A stretch of DNA of 64,000 nucleotides from Longimicrobiales bacterium (GTDB taxonomy: Bacteria; Gemmatimonadota; Gemmatimonadetes; Longimicrobiales; Gaopeijiaceae), in the NCBI GenBank assembly GCA_965248195.1, contig CBDFIQ010000002.1:2848001-2912000 (forward strand), given 5' to 3'. The notes below the pieces were generated by a model. It had not been told where the DNA came from, made no database searches, and was given only the letters and a program-made list of their open reading frames with translations. The position numbers were made by a program, and so were the translations under genes. Every line of letters starts with the position of its first letter. Position 1 is the stretch's first letter. Positions 19,337 to 30,209 of the stretch are shown here, piece after piece.

Positions 19337-20412
19337 GATATACCCGTGTTGTCATCGAGAGCTTCGGATACGAGCTCGCCCCGTGCGTGGTCACGTCCGA
19401 CGAATTGGAGACCCGGCTCGCTCAGGTCTACGAAACCCTTCATGTCCAACCGGGACAGCTCTTCCAGATGACCGGCATTCAGGAGCGCCGCTACTGGGAG
19501 CCGGGTTATTCGGTGTCCCAGGGCGCAACCGCGGCGGCCGAGAACGCCTTCGAAGCATCGCCCGTGCCGGCGAACGCCATCGACATGTTGATCTACGCCG
19601 GCGTGTGCCGTGAGCATTTCGAGCCGGCCACAGCCTGCCACGTCGCGGCCGGACTCCAACGAGCCGGCCACGCGATCGAACCGTCGGCCCATGTCTACGA
19701 CGTCAGCAACGCGTGCCTGGGTGTCCTCAACGGCATACTCGACATCGCCAACCGAATCGAGTTGGGGCAGATCCGAGCCGGTATGGTGGTCAGTTGCGAG
19801 ACCGCGCGAGACATCGTCGATACGACGATCACCCGGTTGACCAACAATCCCGTGATGGAGGAGTTCAAGACCGCCATCGCCACGCTCACCGGCGGGTCGG
19901 CTGCGGTCGCCGTGATTCTGAGTGATGGATCTTTCGGGGAGTCCGACCGGCGGCGCCTCCGTGGGGCCGTGGTCGAAAACGCGCCCGAACATCACATGCT
20001 GTGCCGCTGGGGCCTGGAAGCCCATCCCGATGGTCGAGCGAACGGACCCGAAGCGAGCTTGAGGGAGTTCGCCAGCACCGACGCTGCCGCCGTCCTCGAG
20101 CACGGCGTCGCCCTGGGGGCGCGTACGTGGGACAAGTTCCTTGCGGAGATGGAGTGGCCGGTGGAAGACGTGGACCGCACGGTCTGCCACCAGGTCGGTT
20201 CTGCCCATCGGGACGTCATGCTGCGGACCATGGGCCTGTCTCCTCAACGGGACTTCGTGACCTACGAGTACCTCGGAAACACCGGGACCGCCGCCCTCCC
20301 CGTGGCCACCGCGCTGGCCCAGGAACGCGGGTTCTTGGAGCCCGGCCACCGGGTGGGACTCCTCGGCATCGGCAGCGGTCTCAACTGCATGATGCTTGGA
20401 GTCGACTGGTGA
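19333..20412 (+). CDS. oleA: OleA, thiolase/FabH-like head-to-head condensing enzyme
   Basis: TTG start overlaps the pfaBC stop; EPATA, NACLG (Cys), CHQVG (His), GNTG, LLGIGSGLNC. Confidence 0.88.
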   Translation: MRYTRVVIESFGYELAPCVVTSDELETRLAQVYETLHVQPGQLFQMTGIQERRYWEPGYSVSQGATAAAENAFEASPVPANAIDMLIYAGVCREHFEPATACHVAAGLQRAGHAIEPSAHVYDVSNACLGVLNGILDIANRIELGQIRAGMVVSCETARDIVDTTITRLTNNPVMEEFKTAIATLTGGSAAVAVILSDGSFGESDRRRLRGAVVENAPEHHMLCRWGLEAHPDGRANGPEASLREFASTDAAAVLEHGVALGARTWDKFLAEMEWPVEDVDRTVCHQVGSAHRDVMLRTMGLSPQRDFVTYEYLGNTGTAALPVATALAQERGFLEPGHRVGLLGIGSGLNCMMLGVDW

Positions 20413-21368
20413 GCGGGCTCTACCCGTTCACTCCCCACTACATCGAGATCGGTGGTCGCTCCGCCGCCACTGGCGCCTCCTCCGGCGCCGGCCACCGCAT
20501 GCACTACGTGGACGAAGGCCAGGGAGACCCGGTGCTCATGGTCCATGGAAACCCGAGTTGGTCCTTCTACTATCGGGATCTCATCAGCGCGTTGCAGGCG
20601 AGCCACCGCGTGATCGCTCCGGATCACATCGGGTGCGGGCGCTCCGACAAACCGAATGACGATCGCTACGACTACACGTTGTCGACACGCGTGGCGGACC
20701 TCGGCACGCTTGTCGACTCGCTCGACCTCCGTGCCATCACGCTGGTCGTGCACGATTGGGGTGGCATGATCGGGATGGCCTGGGCGGTCCAGCACCCCGA
20801 TCGAATCGCGAGGCTGGTCGTCATGAACACGGCCGCGTTCCCTCTACCCCTCGGCAAGAGCCTCCCGGCCTCGCTCGCGCTGGCCCGGGCTCCCGGGATC
20901 GGCGCCCTGCTCGTTCGAGGGGCCAACGCCTTCTCGCGGGGCGCCGTCCGGCACTGTGTGACGCGCCGCCCGATGTCCCAGGCCGTGGCCGCCGGTTACT
21001 TGGAGCCATACGACAGTTGGGCGCATCGTATCGCGGTGCATCGGTTCGTGCAGGACATCCCGCTCGAAGAAAAGGATCGGGCCTACCCGATGGTGAAGGA
21101 AACGGCGGACGCTCTCGTTCACCTCGTCGACAAACCGATGTTGATCTGCTGGGGCCTCCGAGATTTCGTCTTCGGCCACCAATTCCTGGACGAGTGGATC
21201 CGCCGATTTCCGGGCGCCGAGGTCCATCGCTTCGAGGACTGCGGTCACTACATCTTGGAGGACGCGGGAGAGGACATCATTCCACTCGTCCGGACATTCG
21301 TCGATGGTCCTTCGGAAAATCACCCAGAGGGTCACCCCGAGACCCAGGGGACGGACAGTTCGACATGA
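20409..21368 (+). CDS. oleB: OleB, beta-lactone decarboxylase (haloalkane dehalogenase-like alpha/beta hydrolase)
   Basis: GTGA overlap; HGNPSWSFYYR, HDWGG nucleophile Asp, GHY; lies between oleA and oleC. Confidence 0.88.
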   Translation: MSGLYPFTPHYIEIGGRSAATGASSGAGHRMHYVDEGQGDPVLMVHGNPSWSFYYRDLISALQASHRVIAPDHIGCGRSDKPNDDRYDYTLSTRVADLGTLVDSLDLRAITLVVHDWGGMIGMAWAVQHPDRIARLVVMNTAAFPLPLGKSLPASLALARAPGIGALLVRGANAFSRGAVRHCVTRRPMSQAVAAGYLEPYDSWAHRIAVHRFVQDIPLEEKDRAYPMVKETADALVHLVDKPMLICWGLRDFVFGHQFLDEWIRRFPGAEVHRFEDCGHYILEDAGEDIIPLVRTFVDGPSENHPEGHPETQGTDSST

Positions 21369-23122
21369 GCGGACAGGGGGACGGTCCGACGCCGGAATCG
21401 GGTCCACCTGCCGGAACCGACGCGGCCGGAGAGCGCTCCCCCGACCACATTAATGTCGCCGCCTTTCTGGCCGAGCTGGCCCGGAGCCAGCCGGACGCTC
21501 TCGCGGCGGCGGTCTCCGCCGGGCGAAACCCGGACGGAACGGCCTGCTATGCCGAACTGACCGCGCTCGAACTACATCGCCGCTCCGATCGCATCGCCCA
21601 TGCGCTGGTCGGGGTTGGGATCGGCTCCGGCGTTCGAACCGTGCTCATGGTGGAGCCCAGCCTGGACTTCTTCTCGTTGACCTTCGCGATGCTCAAGGTT
21701 GGGGCGATCCCGGTCATGGTGGATCCGGGCATGGGAATCAAGAATTTGGGCGAGTGTCTTGGCGAAGCGGAACCAGAGGCCTTCATCGGCATCCCCAAGG
21801 CGCAGGCGGCGAGGGTCGTTCTCGGGTGGGCGAGGCGGACCGTAAAGACCAAGGTGACCGTAGGGCGCAGGTTCTTCTGGGGGGGGCACACGCTGAGCAA
21901 GTTGGAGGCGAATGCCTCGCGCGAGCCCTTCCCGATCCTCCAGCCGGACCCCGAGCAAACCGCTGCGATCCTCTTCACGAGCGGGAGCACCGGCGTGCCC
22001 AAGGGGGTCGTGACACCCTTCCGGGTCTTCGCGGCACAGGTGACGGCGCTCAGAGAGGTGTACGGCATCCAGCCAGGGGAGCGCGACCTGGCGACCTTCC
22101 CGCTCTTCGCACTTTTCGGTCCGGCCCTCGGCATGGCCTCGGTGGTCCCCGACATGGACGCGAGCCGACCGGCGGAAGCTGATCCGCGGCGCTTATTCGA
22201 GGCATGTCGCGACTATGCGTGCACCAACCTTTTCGCCTCCCCGGCCCTCATCGACAAACTGGGGCGCTATTGTGTCGATGAGGGCCTTCAGTTGACCTCG
22301 CTTCGACGAGCCATCTCGGCAGGGGCGCCGGCATCGAATCCGGCACTCGAACGATTCCAACAGTGTCTCCCGGACGGCATCGACGTCCTTACCTCTTACG
22401 GGGCGACCGAGTCCCTCCCGGTGTCCCTTCTCGGAAGCAGAGAAATCCTGCGAGACACACGACGGCTCACGGACCAGGGACGGGGCGTGTGCGTGGGCCG
22501 TCCCATACCCGCTATGGAGGTGCGTATCGTGCCGATCCATGACGAACCGATCGAGTCATGGACGGAGAACCTCCCGCTCCCCCAGGGAGAGATCGGCGAA
22601 ATCGTGGTGCGCGGCGCAGTCGTGACGCCGTCCTACTACAAGCGGCCCCAAGCGACGAAACTCGCCAAGATTGCCACCGTGGACGGGGACGCCTGGCACC
22701 GGATGGGCGATGTAGGCTATTTCGACGAGCAGGGCCGGCTCTGGATGTGTGGCCGGAAGCGCCACCGCGTGGACACCGAGACGGGGACCATGTACACGAT
22801 CCCCTGTGAGGCCGTTTTCAACACGCACCCGGCCGTGCGACGAAGCGCCCTGGTGGGTGTCACAAGGAAGACCGAGACCGCGCATACCACACCCCTGATC
22901 TGCGTAGAGCGCGTGCCGGGAGCTACGATCGACAACGGGCGACTCACCGAAGAGTTGTTGGAGATCGCCCGAAGCCACGAGCACACCCGGGCGATCGACA
23001 CGGTGCTCTACCACCCCGCCTTTCCCGTAGACGTTCGGCACAACGCCAAGATCTTCCGGGAGAAGCTTGCGGTTTGGGCCGGCAAGGAGTTGGCATCCCG
23101 ACCGCTAGCCGAGCGCTCATGA
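21365..23122 (+). CDS. oleC: OleC, AMP-forming beta-lactone synthetase
   Basis: ATGA overlap; FTSGSTGVPKG, YGATE, WHRMGD, FPVDVRHNAKIFREKL. Confidence 0.88.
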   Translation: MSGQGDGPTPESGPPAGTDAAGERSPDHINVAAFLAELARSQPDALAAAVSAGRNPDGTACYAELTALELHRRSDRIAHALVGVGIGSGVRTVLMVEPSLDFFSLTFAMLKVGAIPVMVDPGMGIKNLGECLGEAEPEAFIGIPKAQAARVVLGWARRTVKTKVTVGRRFFWGGHTLSKLEANASREPFPILQPDPEQTAAILFTSGSTGVPKGVVTPFRVFAAQVTALREVYGIQPGERDLATFPLFALFGPALGMASVVPDMDASRPAEADPRRLFEACRDYACTNLFASPALIDKLGRYCVDEGLQLTSLRRAISAGAPASNPALERFQQCLPDGIDVLTSYGATESLPVSLLGSREILRDTRRLTDQGRGVCVGRPIPAMEVRIVPIHDEPIESWTENLPLPQGEIGEIVVRGAVVTPSYYKRPQATKLAKIATVDGDAWHRMGDVGYFDEQGRLWMCGRKRHRVDTETGTMYTIPCEAVFNTHPAVRRSALVGVTRKTETAHTTPLICVERVPGATIDNGRLTEELLEIARSHEHTRAIDTVLYHPAFPVDVRHNAKIFREKLAVWAGKELASRPLAERS

Positions 23123-24138
23123 AGGCGCTCGTGACCGGGGCGGGCGGCTTCCTCGGGGGAGCCATCGCCCGGACTCTGCGTGACCGGGGGGACGAGGTTA
23201 AAAGTTTTTCCCGCGGAGCACACCCGGAGCTGGCCGCCCACGGCATCGAGCACCATCAGGGGGATGTGGCGGATCTCGGCGCCGTGATCGACGCGACCCG
23301 GGGGGTCGACGTCGTGTTCCACACCGCCGCGAGGGTCGGGGCGGGAGGCCAATACGTAGACTTCTACGATACCAACGTTACGGGCACCGCGAACGTGCTC
23401 GCGGCTTGCCGGGAAGGCCGCGTGCCGGCACTCGTCTATACCTCCACGCCGAGCGTGGTCTCCGGCGTCACGGATCTTGAGGGCGTGGATGAATCGGAGG
23501 GCTACGCCACCCATTACGAGGGGGACTATGGCCGGACCAAGGCGGAAGCCGAGCGGCTGGTTCTCTCGTCGACCTCCGACGAGTTCAATGCCGTCGCACT
23601 CCGACCTCCCCTCATCTGGGGCCCTGGGGACACGTCTCTGCTCCCCCGTGTGATCGAGAGGGGAAGAAACGGCGCGCTCCGACGGATCAAGGGACCGCCC
23701 AAGTGGCAGGATACCACGTATATCGATGATGCGGTGCAGGCCCATATGATTGCTGCGGATCTGCTCCTGGCCGGCGGCGACGGGGCCCGCCGTATCAACG
23801 GCCGCCCGTACTTCGTTAGTTCCGGCGAACCCGTGGAGATCTGGGATTTCGTCGATGGCCTCCTCGAGGCCTCCGGCGTCCCCCCGGTTCGCAAGAGTGT
23901 GTCCCTGCGGACCGCGCTAGTGGCGGGTTGGATCTTCGAGAAGGCCCATACACTGTCGGGAGCGCAAGGCGATCCACGCATGAGCCCCTGGATCGTGCGT
24001 CAACTCACGAGCTCACGTTGGTTCGACATCGGCGCCGCACGTCGGGATCTAGGGTACGAGCCGCGGGTGTCCCTGGAGGATGGGATGCGCCGCCTGAAGG
24101 CATGGATAGAGGAGCAAGAAAGGGAGCCACGTGGCTGA
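23119..24138 (+). CDS. oleD: OleD, extended SDR (2-alkyl-3-oxoalkanoate reductase)
   Basis: ATGA overlap; TGAGGFLG, YTSTPSVV, YGRTK. Confidence 0.85.
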   Translation: MKALVTGAGGFLGGAIARTLRDRGDEVKSFSRGAHPELAAHGIEHHQGDVADLGAVIDATRGVDVVFHTAARVGAGGQYVDFYDTNVTGTANVLAACREGRVPALVYTSTPSVVSGVTDLEGVDESEGYATHYEGDYGRTKAEAERLVLSSTSDEFNAVALRPPLIWGPGDTSLLPRVIERGRNGALRRIKGPPKWQDTTYIDDAVQAHMIAADLLLAGGDGARRINGRPYFVSSGEPVEIWDFVDGLLEASGVPPVRKSVSLRTALVAGWIFEKAHTLSGAQGDPRMSPWIVRQLTSSRWFDIGAARRDLGYEPRVSLEDGMRRLKAWIEEQEREPRG

Positions 24139-24844
24139 GCGCTGGCGCCCCGCTCAAGAGTGGGACCCCGCCTCTGACGACGTCATCGACATTTGGCGCT
24201 TCGATCTCGAGGTCCGGGAGAATGACTGGGCGATCCTCAGCCCCGACGAAGCCCAGACCGCCAAACGGATCGTCGTTGAGGAAAAGCGGGACCAGAAGGC
24301 CTCCGCCCGGGCTCACCTGCGCCGTATTCTCGCTCGTTATCTGGGCACTCACCCGCAAGATGTGAAGTTCGCCTACGGCGAGCACGGGAAACCGATGCTC
24401 GCCGAGCAGAACGAACCCGGCTTCAACCTGTCCCACTCTGAGTCGAGGGGGCTCGCAGCAGTAACGTGGGGTGCGTGCGTCGGGGTCGATGTCGAGTTCG
24501 CGCGGGAGGGACGAGCGTTCACCGACATCGCGGACCGCTTCTTTTCCGGAGCCGAGAGCGCCGAGCTCCGCGCACTCCCCCCAGAGGCCCGCCCCGCCGC
24601 GTTCTACAGAGCCTGGACTCGAAAAGAAGCCTACCTGAAAGCCTGGGGCACCGGACTGAGCTTCGGCTCGGATCGCTTCACGCTCGACTACGTTGGAGAC
24701 GGTCCCGGGAGCCTTTTGGCCACAGAGATGCCGGAGGACGACTTGTCCCGTTGGCACTTCAGGGACGTCGAGCTAGGCCCGTACTACACGGGTGCGATCT
24801 GCTTCGAAGGCCCCGACCGCCCGACTCGTTGGTGGGCCATCTGA
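24131..24844 (+). CDS. Sfp-type 4'-phosphopantetheinyl transferase (PfaE role)
   Basis: GKP, FNLSHS, VGVDVE, WTRKEAYLKA. Confidence 0.9.
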   Translation: MAERWRPAQEWDPASDDVIDIWRFDLEVRENDWAILSPDEAQTAKRIVVEEKRDQKASARAHLRRILARYLGTHPQDVKFAYGEHGKPMLAEQNEPGFNLSHSESRGLAAVTWGACVGVDVEFAREGRAFTDIADRFFSGAESAELRALPPEARPAAFYRAWTRKEAYLKAWGTGLSFGSDRFTLDYVGDGPGSLLATEMPEDDLSRWHFRDVELGPYYTGAICFEGPDRPTRWWAI

Positions 24845-24925
24845 GACGCGATCGAGCCTCGTGAGGGTTCTCCATGCCCTAGCTTCCGGGCGAGTGGTCA
24901 TCACCCCGGTTCTTTCGGGACGGCC

Positions 24926-25558
24926 CTACCGGATCACGCCGTCCTGATTCATGTGCAGGATATTGAACTGGCCGTAACTATCGGTGAGCTCCAACTCGAT
25001 GGCGCCGGTCAACTTCGACGAACCTGAGCCCATCTCTGCAACCGTGTACTCGAATCCATTGGGCAGATTGATACGGGCACGGGAAGGCTCTCCGCTGAAC
25101 GGGTCGATCATGGGTGAGCCCGTGGACTCGACGACCCCGGGAACGTTTAATCGACCCTTGCGCTCATCGACGTCGATCTCGAGTTCGATCGGAGCATACA
25201 GCGTTTCCAAAAGTTCGGAAATCGTGCCGCTGAGCACGGCGAAAATGGTCGCCCCCGGCACGGTGTCCTCACCATTAAGAATCCTACCCAGTGCCTCGCG
25301 CTGAGCATCGTCGGCACGTTCATCGATGACAAACTGCGCCCGGCCGTTCCCCTCCGCGACCTCTCCGGGGTACCAGAACATCCACGCCCAGTCCAAACCA
25401 GCCAAGCGTGTGTCTCCGTGATAACCCTCCTCGATGTGGCCGCATACCACCCCTTCGCAGTTGCCGTGCGACGTGGGAGCATTGAATTGGCAAGGACACC
25501 CATAGTTGCAGTTGCAGTTCGCGTAATTGACCCCTCGCAGCATCCACTGAGTTGCCAT
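24926..25558 (-). CDS. DUF1326-like Cys-rich putative metalloprotein
   Basis: NCNCNYGCPCQF...C and IDERADDAQREAL; AGGAGG RBS. Confidence 0.75.
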   Translation of the reverse strand: MATQWMLRGVNYANCNCNYGCPCQFNAPTSHGNCEGVVCGHIEEGYHGDTRLAGLDWAWMFWYPGEVAEGNGRAQFVIDERADDAQREALGRILNGEDTVPGATIFAVLSGTISELLETLYAPIELEIDVDERKGRLNVPGVVESTGSPMIDPFSGEPSRARINLPNGFEYTVAEMGSGSSKLTGAIELELTDSYGQFNILHMNQDGVIR

Positions 25559-25645
25559 CAATCGCACCTCCTGTCGTCGGGCCTCGTTCTGGCATGATCC
25601 GGCGGGACATAGGCCGTATGAGTAGCCCCGGGGCGCAACGTACGT

Positions 25646-25975
25646 CTAGGCCCTTCCGGCGGGTGGATCGTCCTCTTGTTGCCCCTTCCGGTCCGGAGAA
25701 TCCAGCAGACGCTCCGTGAAATCTTGCCGCTCCTCGAGGAGCGCCATGCGCGCGCTCACGGTTTCGATAAGATCGCCGATGCGGCGTAGCTCCCCTTCTG
25801 CCCGGCCTTGCCGGTCACGAAGCATGAGTTCGGCGATGTCGCCCAGGCGCTTGGCTATGGGTCTCAGAAGCAGCACGCCACCCACAGTCAGCGTTAGCAT
25901 GACGATCACGACCATCGGCGCGATGTTGTCCCAGTCCATAACCCTCTCCTGATCCAAGACCCCTGGCGGGGACAC
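25646..25975 (-). CDS. Small membrane-anchored coiled-coil protein (start uncertain)
   Basis: One TM helix, then LLEERQDFTERLL heptad-like segment. Confidence 0.55.
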   Translation of the reverse strand: MSPPGVLDQERVMDWDNIAPMVVIVMLTLTVGGVLLLRPIAKRLGDIAELMLRDRQGRAEGELRRIGDLIETVSARMALLEERQDFTERLLDSPDRKGQQEDDPPAGRA

Positions 25976-26023
25976 GCCAGCGGTTTAACTGACGAGATCC
26001 GGTCGCTCTGGGTTTCTGTGCGG

Positions 26024-28506
26024 CTACTCCGCCCTCAACGCATCAATCGGATCCACACGCGTAGCGCGCCGGGCCGGTATGAACGCCGCGATCAACGCGA
26101 CCGCTGCAAGGACCGCCCCCACCACCACGAACGTCACGGGGTCCGTGGGCTCGATCTCGAACAGAAGCCCGGAGAGGAATTGGGACAACATGACCGAAGC
26201 GACACCCCCGATCAGAAGTGCACCGAGCACCAACCTCGCCCCCTCCCCCATCACCATGCGAAGCACCTGTCCCTCCTCCGCCCCCAACGCGAGGCGGACG
26301 CCGAACTCCTTGGTCCGCTGGGTCACGGAGAACGCCAGCACTCCGAGTACGCCCACGGCCGCCACCATCAGAGCGAGGATCGCGAAGGTCGAGAAGAGCG
26401 TGGCGTTCAAGCGTTGAGGCGCGATGTCCTCCCTCATCAGTTCTTCCAGCGTGATGACGTTGTCTACGGGCCGCTCAGGATCCGTCTCATGGATGATGTC
26501 TGTGATCTGGCGGACGACAGGCCCCGTCTGTCCAGTCGTCCGAACCAGCATCGTCTGCGCGGGAAACCCGCCGCCGACCGTCACTCCAAAGCCCTGCCCA
26601 CGCCGGACGGCCTGACTCGTCGCCCGATAGATGACATGGATATCGGCCTGAGCGATCCCCGCATCCCGCGTGTTGGCGACCACCCCCACCACGCGCTGCC
26701 ATGGCTGCCAGTTACCGCGGGTGTTCTGCCACCGAATGCGCCTACCGACCGGATCCTCGCTCCCGAAGTAGGCGCTCGACAGCGATTCATTGATGACGAC
26801 GACGGAATCGGCCTCTGGCGTGTCGTCTCGATTGAACGAACGCCCACGAAGAAGCGTTGCTCCCACAGTCCGAAAGTAGTCCGCACTCACGGTATTGAAG
26901 ATCCCCATCGGGGTCGACGCCTGAAGCACATCCTCCCCCTCCACCCCGATCGTGAGAGCGGCGGGCGGAATGCTCTGAAGTGGAGCCCAGGTGGCGTAGG
27001 CGGCATTCTGTACACCCGGATAGGTCCGCAGCCTGCTCACGACGCCTTCGAAGAGTGTGTGCTGCTCCTCCGACGTGAGCGACGTGAAATTCGGGGACTG
27101 CAGTGTGAGCACGGTCCCCTGCTCGAAGCCCGGATCGACCCGCTGCAGCCTGAACAGGCTCCTCACCAGGAGGCCGGCACCGATCAGAAGCGTGAAGGAA
27201 AGCGCAAGCTGGCTCACGACCAATAGCCGCTGTAGCTGACGCCTGGATATTCCGCTCGAGTTCCGCCCCCCGGAGTGGTTCAACGACATGCCGATCTCGG
27301 ACGTGAACGGAAGGCTGGGTGCCCAGGCGAGCAACATCGCGATCCCGACCCCGATCACGAGCGTGAACGTCAGCACGACACCGTCCAATCCGATCTCTTC
27401 GCTCCGGACCGTGAAGCGGTTGGCGTAGGACACCAAGAGGTCCAGGCCGGCAAACGCAACGATGAGGCCCAACCCTGCGCCGGCCAACGCCAGGACGAGG
27501 TTCTCCGTGAAGAGTTGCCGACGGATCCGCTTCTTGCCGGCTCCCAACGCCGACCGGATGGCCAACTCACGTTCCCGTTGGATCAACCGGGTCAGCGTCA
27601 GGTTCGCCACGTTGGCGCAGGCTAGAAGAAGCACCATGAGCACCGTGCCCATCATGATCAAGAAAGTGGGCCGAGCGGATTCGGTAAGAACCTCCTGCCA
27701 CGGGCGGGCACTGATCTCGAAACCGAACTGCTCCGGGTAAAACTCACGAAACTCGTCCTGGAGACGTCGATTGATCTGAGTGAGCTCCGCCTGTGCCGTC
27801 TCGAACGTGGCACCGGGAGCGAGTCTCCCGAAATACGTCGGTCATGCGATGATTTCGTGCGTCCCGCATGGCCGCGCCCGTGTAATGATCGTTCGTCGTA
27901 TAATTGGTGAAGACGTCCGGCTTCCTTCGCCCGGTGTAGTGAGTACCCGGTTCGAGCACGCCCACGACTTCGACACTCTTCGTGGTGAGCTTGACCGTCT
28001 GGCCCACGATCTCGGGGTCGGCGCCGAACATGCGGGTCCAAATAGTCGTGCGTGAAGACCATCACTGGTGGAGCGCCCACGTTGTTGTCGCTGGGGAGCA
28101 ACGTACGCCCATACAGGGGGCGGATGCCGAGGACGTCGAAGTAATTGGCGGTCACCAGGCCGCCGACCACGCGATGGGGGTCCCCACGTCCGATCACGCT
28201 GAAGTCCCAGTCCCCGAACTCGACGAACTCGTCGATCGTCCGGGACGAGGCCCTGTAATCGTCGATCTCGATGAAAGAGAACGACGCGTTGAAGGCGCCG
28301 GCCCGGTTCGCCGGTTGCTGCACGAACATGATCCGGTCGGCGTCCTGATAGGGGAGCGGCTGTAGCAGCACCCCGTTGACAACGCTGAAGATCGCCGTGT
28401 TGACCCCGATACCGAGACCGAGGGTGATCACGAATGCCGCCGCGTAGGAGCGACTCTTGTATATGCTGCGAAACGCGTACCTGATTTCTGGCACGAGATT
28501 CGACAT
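26024..28506 (-). pseudogene. Duplicated ABC permease (MacB/FtsX, ADOP-like) with two +1 frameshifts
   Basis: GVNTAIFSVVNGVLL, LLLACANVANL, ELAIRSALGA, IPARRATRVDP. Removing one base at AAA 28040-28042 and one at AAA 27831-27833 restores HDYWTRMFG and DVFGRLAPG. Confidence 0.8.
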
Positions 28507-28590
28507 CTTGTCCCCTCCCCGCTACCTATCCAACGTTCCGTTTGAGCCGGATCCCCCATGAATCTGGCCGGTGATTCGTTGTAGGGGCCA

Positions 28591-28935
28591 TTAAAGCGCA
28601 TCGGCTCCGGGTACCAGATCCAACTCCCGTGCCAAGCTCGCAAGCCTGTCTAGCCGCGCAGCCTCGGTGCGGAGCGCTTCCTGCCCCTTGGGCGTCATCT
28701 CATAAACCTTCCGACGCCCGTCCCCGGGCAGATCCGACTCACGGACGAGCCCACCATCTTCCATCCTTTGGATCGCACCGTAAACGGTACCGGGTCCCAT
28801 CCTGAGTCCAGACGCCTCCTCCGCGTGCTGCATGATCGCGTAGCCATGCCTGGCTCCCTCTTCCATCGCCAACAAGACGTGAAAGACGACATGCGTCAGG
28901 GGTTGAGAATCAGTATCGGCGTGGCCTGTGGTCAT
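28591..28935 (-). CDS. PadR-family transcriptional regulator
   Basis: VLLAMEEGARHGYAIM, GPGTVYGAIQRM, RRKVYEMTPKG. Confidence 0.88.
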   Translation of the reverse strand: MTTGHADTDSQPLTHVVFHVLLAMEEGARHGYAIMQHAEEASGLRMGPGTVYGAIQRMEDGGLVRESDLPGDGRRKVYEMTPKGQEALRTEAARLDRLASLARELDLVPGADAL

Positions 28936-28971
28936 CCGGAGCTCCCGGATCAGGAGGTGAAAGCAGCGTTC

Positions 28972-29004
28972 TATTACGTGGACGGTATTACCGTTCGCGT
29001 AATA
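28972..29004. promoter_or_regulatory. Imperfect 33-bp palindrome upstream of padR, candidate operator
   Basis: TATTACG-TGG-ACGGTA-T-TACCGT-TCG-CGTAATA. Confidence 0.55.
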
Positions 29005-29180
29005 TGTCAACACGCCCCTCTGACGCCTTAAAATCGAATCGATGGGCCGGGTCTTGCCCGGTGACCCCTCCAGGGTCATGAGAAGGCGCGGTGGCGTGAC
29101 CTTGAAGTGCCCGACATGGATGGCATACTATCGGGGGCCTTTTCTTTTAGTCGCGAAGCCAACCAGCGGGACACCCGAAC

Positions 29181-30194
29181 ATGATCATCATCACGAGGCA
29201 CGACGTCACCGACGAAGAGCTGGACCATATCCGGGAGCGAGTGGAAGCGTTCGGGCTTCAGACCCACCTTTCCCGGGGAGAGCACCGTACGGTGGTTGGA
29301 TGTATCGGAGACGAGGAGCTCCTGGCAGGCGTCCCACTCCGTTCGATTCCGGGCGTCGAGTCCGTTCACTCGGTCATGAAACCCTACAAGTTGGCGAACC
29401 TCCAATTTGCCGCCGAGCCGACGAGAGTCCCGTTGGGCAGCACTGCCGTCGGCGATGCGTCCGTGGCGGTGGTGGCAGGCCCGTGTTCGGTGGAGGGCGC
29501 TGAGATGCTCTCCGAGACAGGCCAGCGGATCCAGAAGGCGGGAGCGGTAGGGCTTCGCGGTGGTGCGTTCAAGCCGCGCAGTTCACCCTACTCCTTCGGC
29601 GGGCTGGGCGAGGATGGGCTCAAGATGCTCGCCGACGTCCGTGCCGAGACCGGCCTCCCGGTCGTGACCGAGGTCATGGATACACGCCAGGCGGACCTGG
29701 TCGCCGAATACGCCGACGTGCTCCAGATCGGAGCCCGTAACATGCAGAACTTTTCACTCCTTACCGAGGTCGGGAGACTCCACCGGCCGATCCTGCTCAA
29801 ACGTGGAATGGCAGCCACCGTGGAGGACCTGCTCCTGGCCGCAGAGTACGTCATGAAGCAGGGGAACAAGAACGTCATCCTCTGCGAACGGGGTATCCGG
29901 ACTTTTTCCGACACTACACGTAATACCTTTGACCTGGCAGCCATCCCGGTGCTCAAAAAGGAGACGCACCTTCCGGTGGTCGCCGACCCGAGCCATGCCG
30001 CCGGCCGGAGCGATCTCGTGGCGGCCCTTTCCTACGCGGCGGTCGCCGCCGGAGCAGACGGGCTGCTGATCGAGGTGCATCCGGTGCCAGAGCAGGCGGT
30101 CTCAGATGGGGATCAGTCGCTTACGTTCGACCAGTTCGACGCTCTGATGGCGGGCCTGAAGCCCGTTGCCGCGGCAGTGGGTAGGAGCCTATAG
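29181..30194 (+). CDS. aroF: DAHP synthase, type I-beta with N-terminal regulatory domain
   Basis: [45 protein letters not shown]. Confidence 0.93.
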   Translation: MIIITRHDVTDEELDHIRERVEAFGLQTHLSRGEHRTVVGCIGDEELLAGVPLRSIPGVESVHSVMKPYKLANLQFAAEPTRVPLGSTAVGDASVAVVAGPCSVEGAEMLSETGQRIQKAGAVGLRGGAFKPRSSPYSFGGLGEDGLKMLADVRAETGLPVVTEVMDTRQADLVAEYADVLQIGARNMQNFSLLTEVGRLHRPILLKRGMAATVEDLLLAAEYVMKQGNKNVILCERGIRTFSDTTRNTFDLAAIPVLKKETHLPVVADPSHAAGRSDLVAALSYAAVAAGADGLLIEVHPVPEQAVSDGDQSLTFDQFDALMAGLKPVAAAVGRSL

Positions 30195-30209
30195 CCTAGA
30201 GGCCGGCAA

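Noticed and set aside
18931..21364. Long N-terminal extensions of oleA, oleB and oleC in the ORF track
   Set aside because: They overlap upstream genes and are not family-like; starts overlapping the previous stops (19333, 20409, 21365) fit better
20409..21368. Haloalkane dehalogenase
   Set aside because: The fold is shared, but its position in oleA-B-C-D indicates OleB
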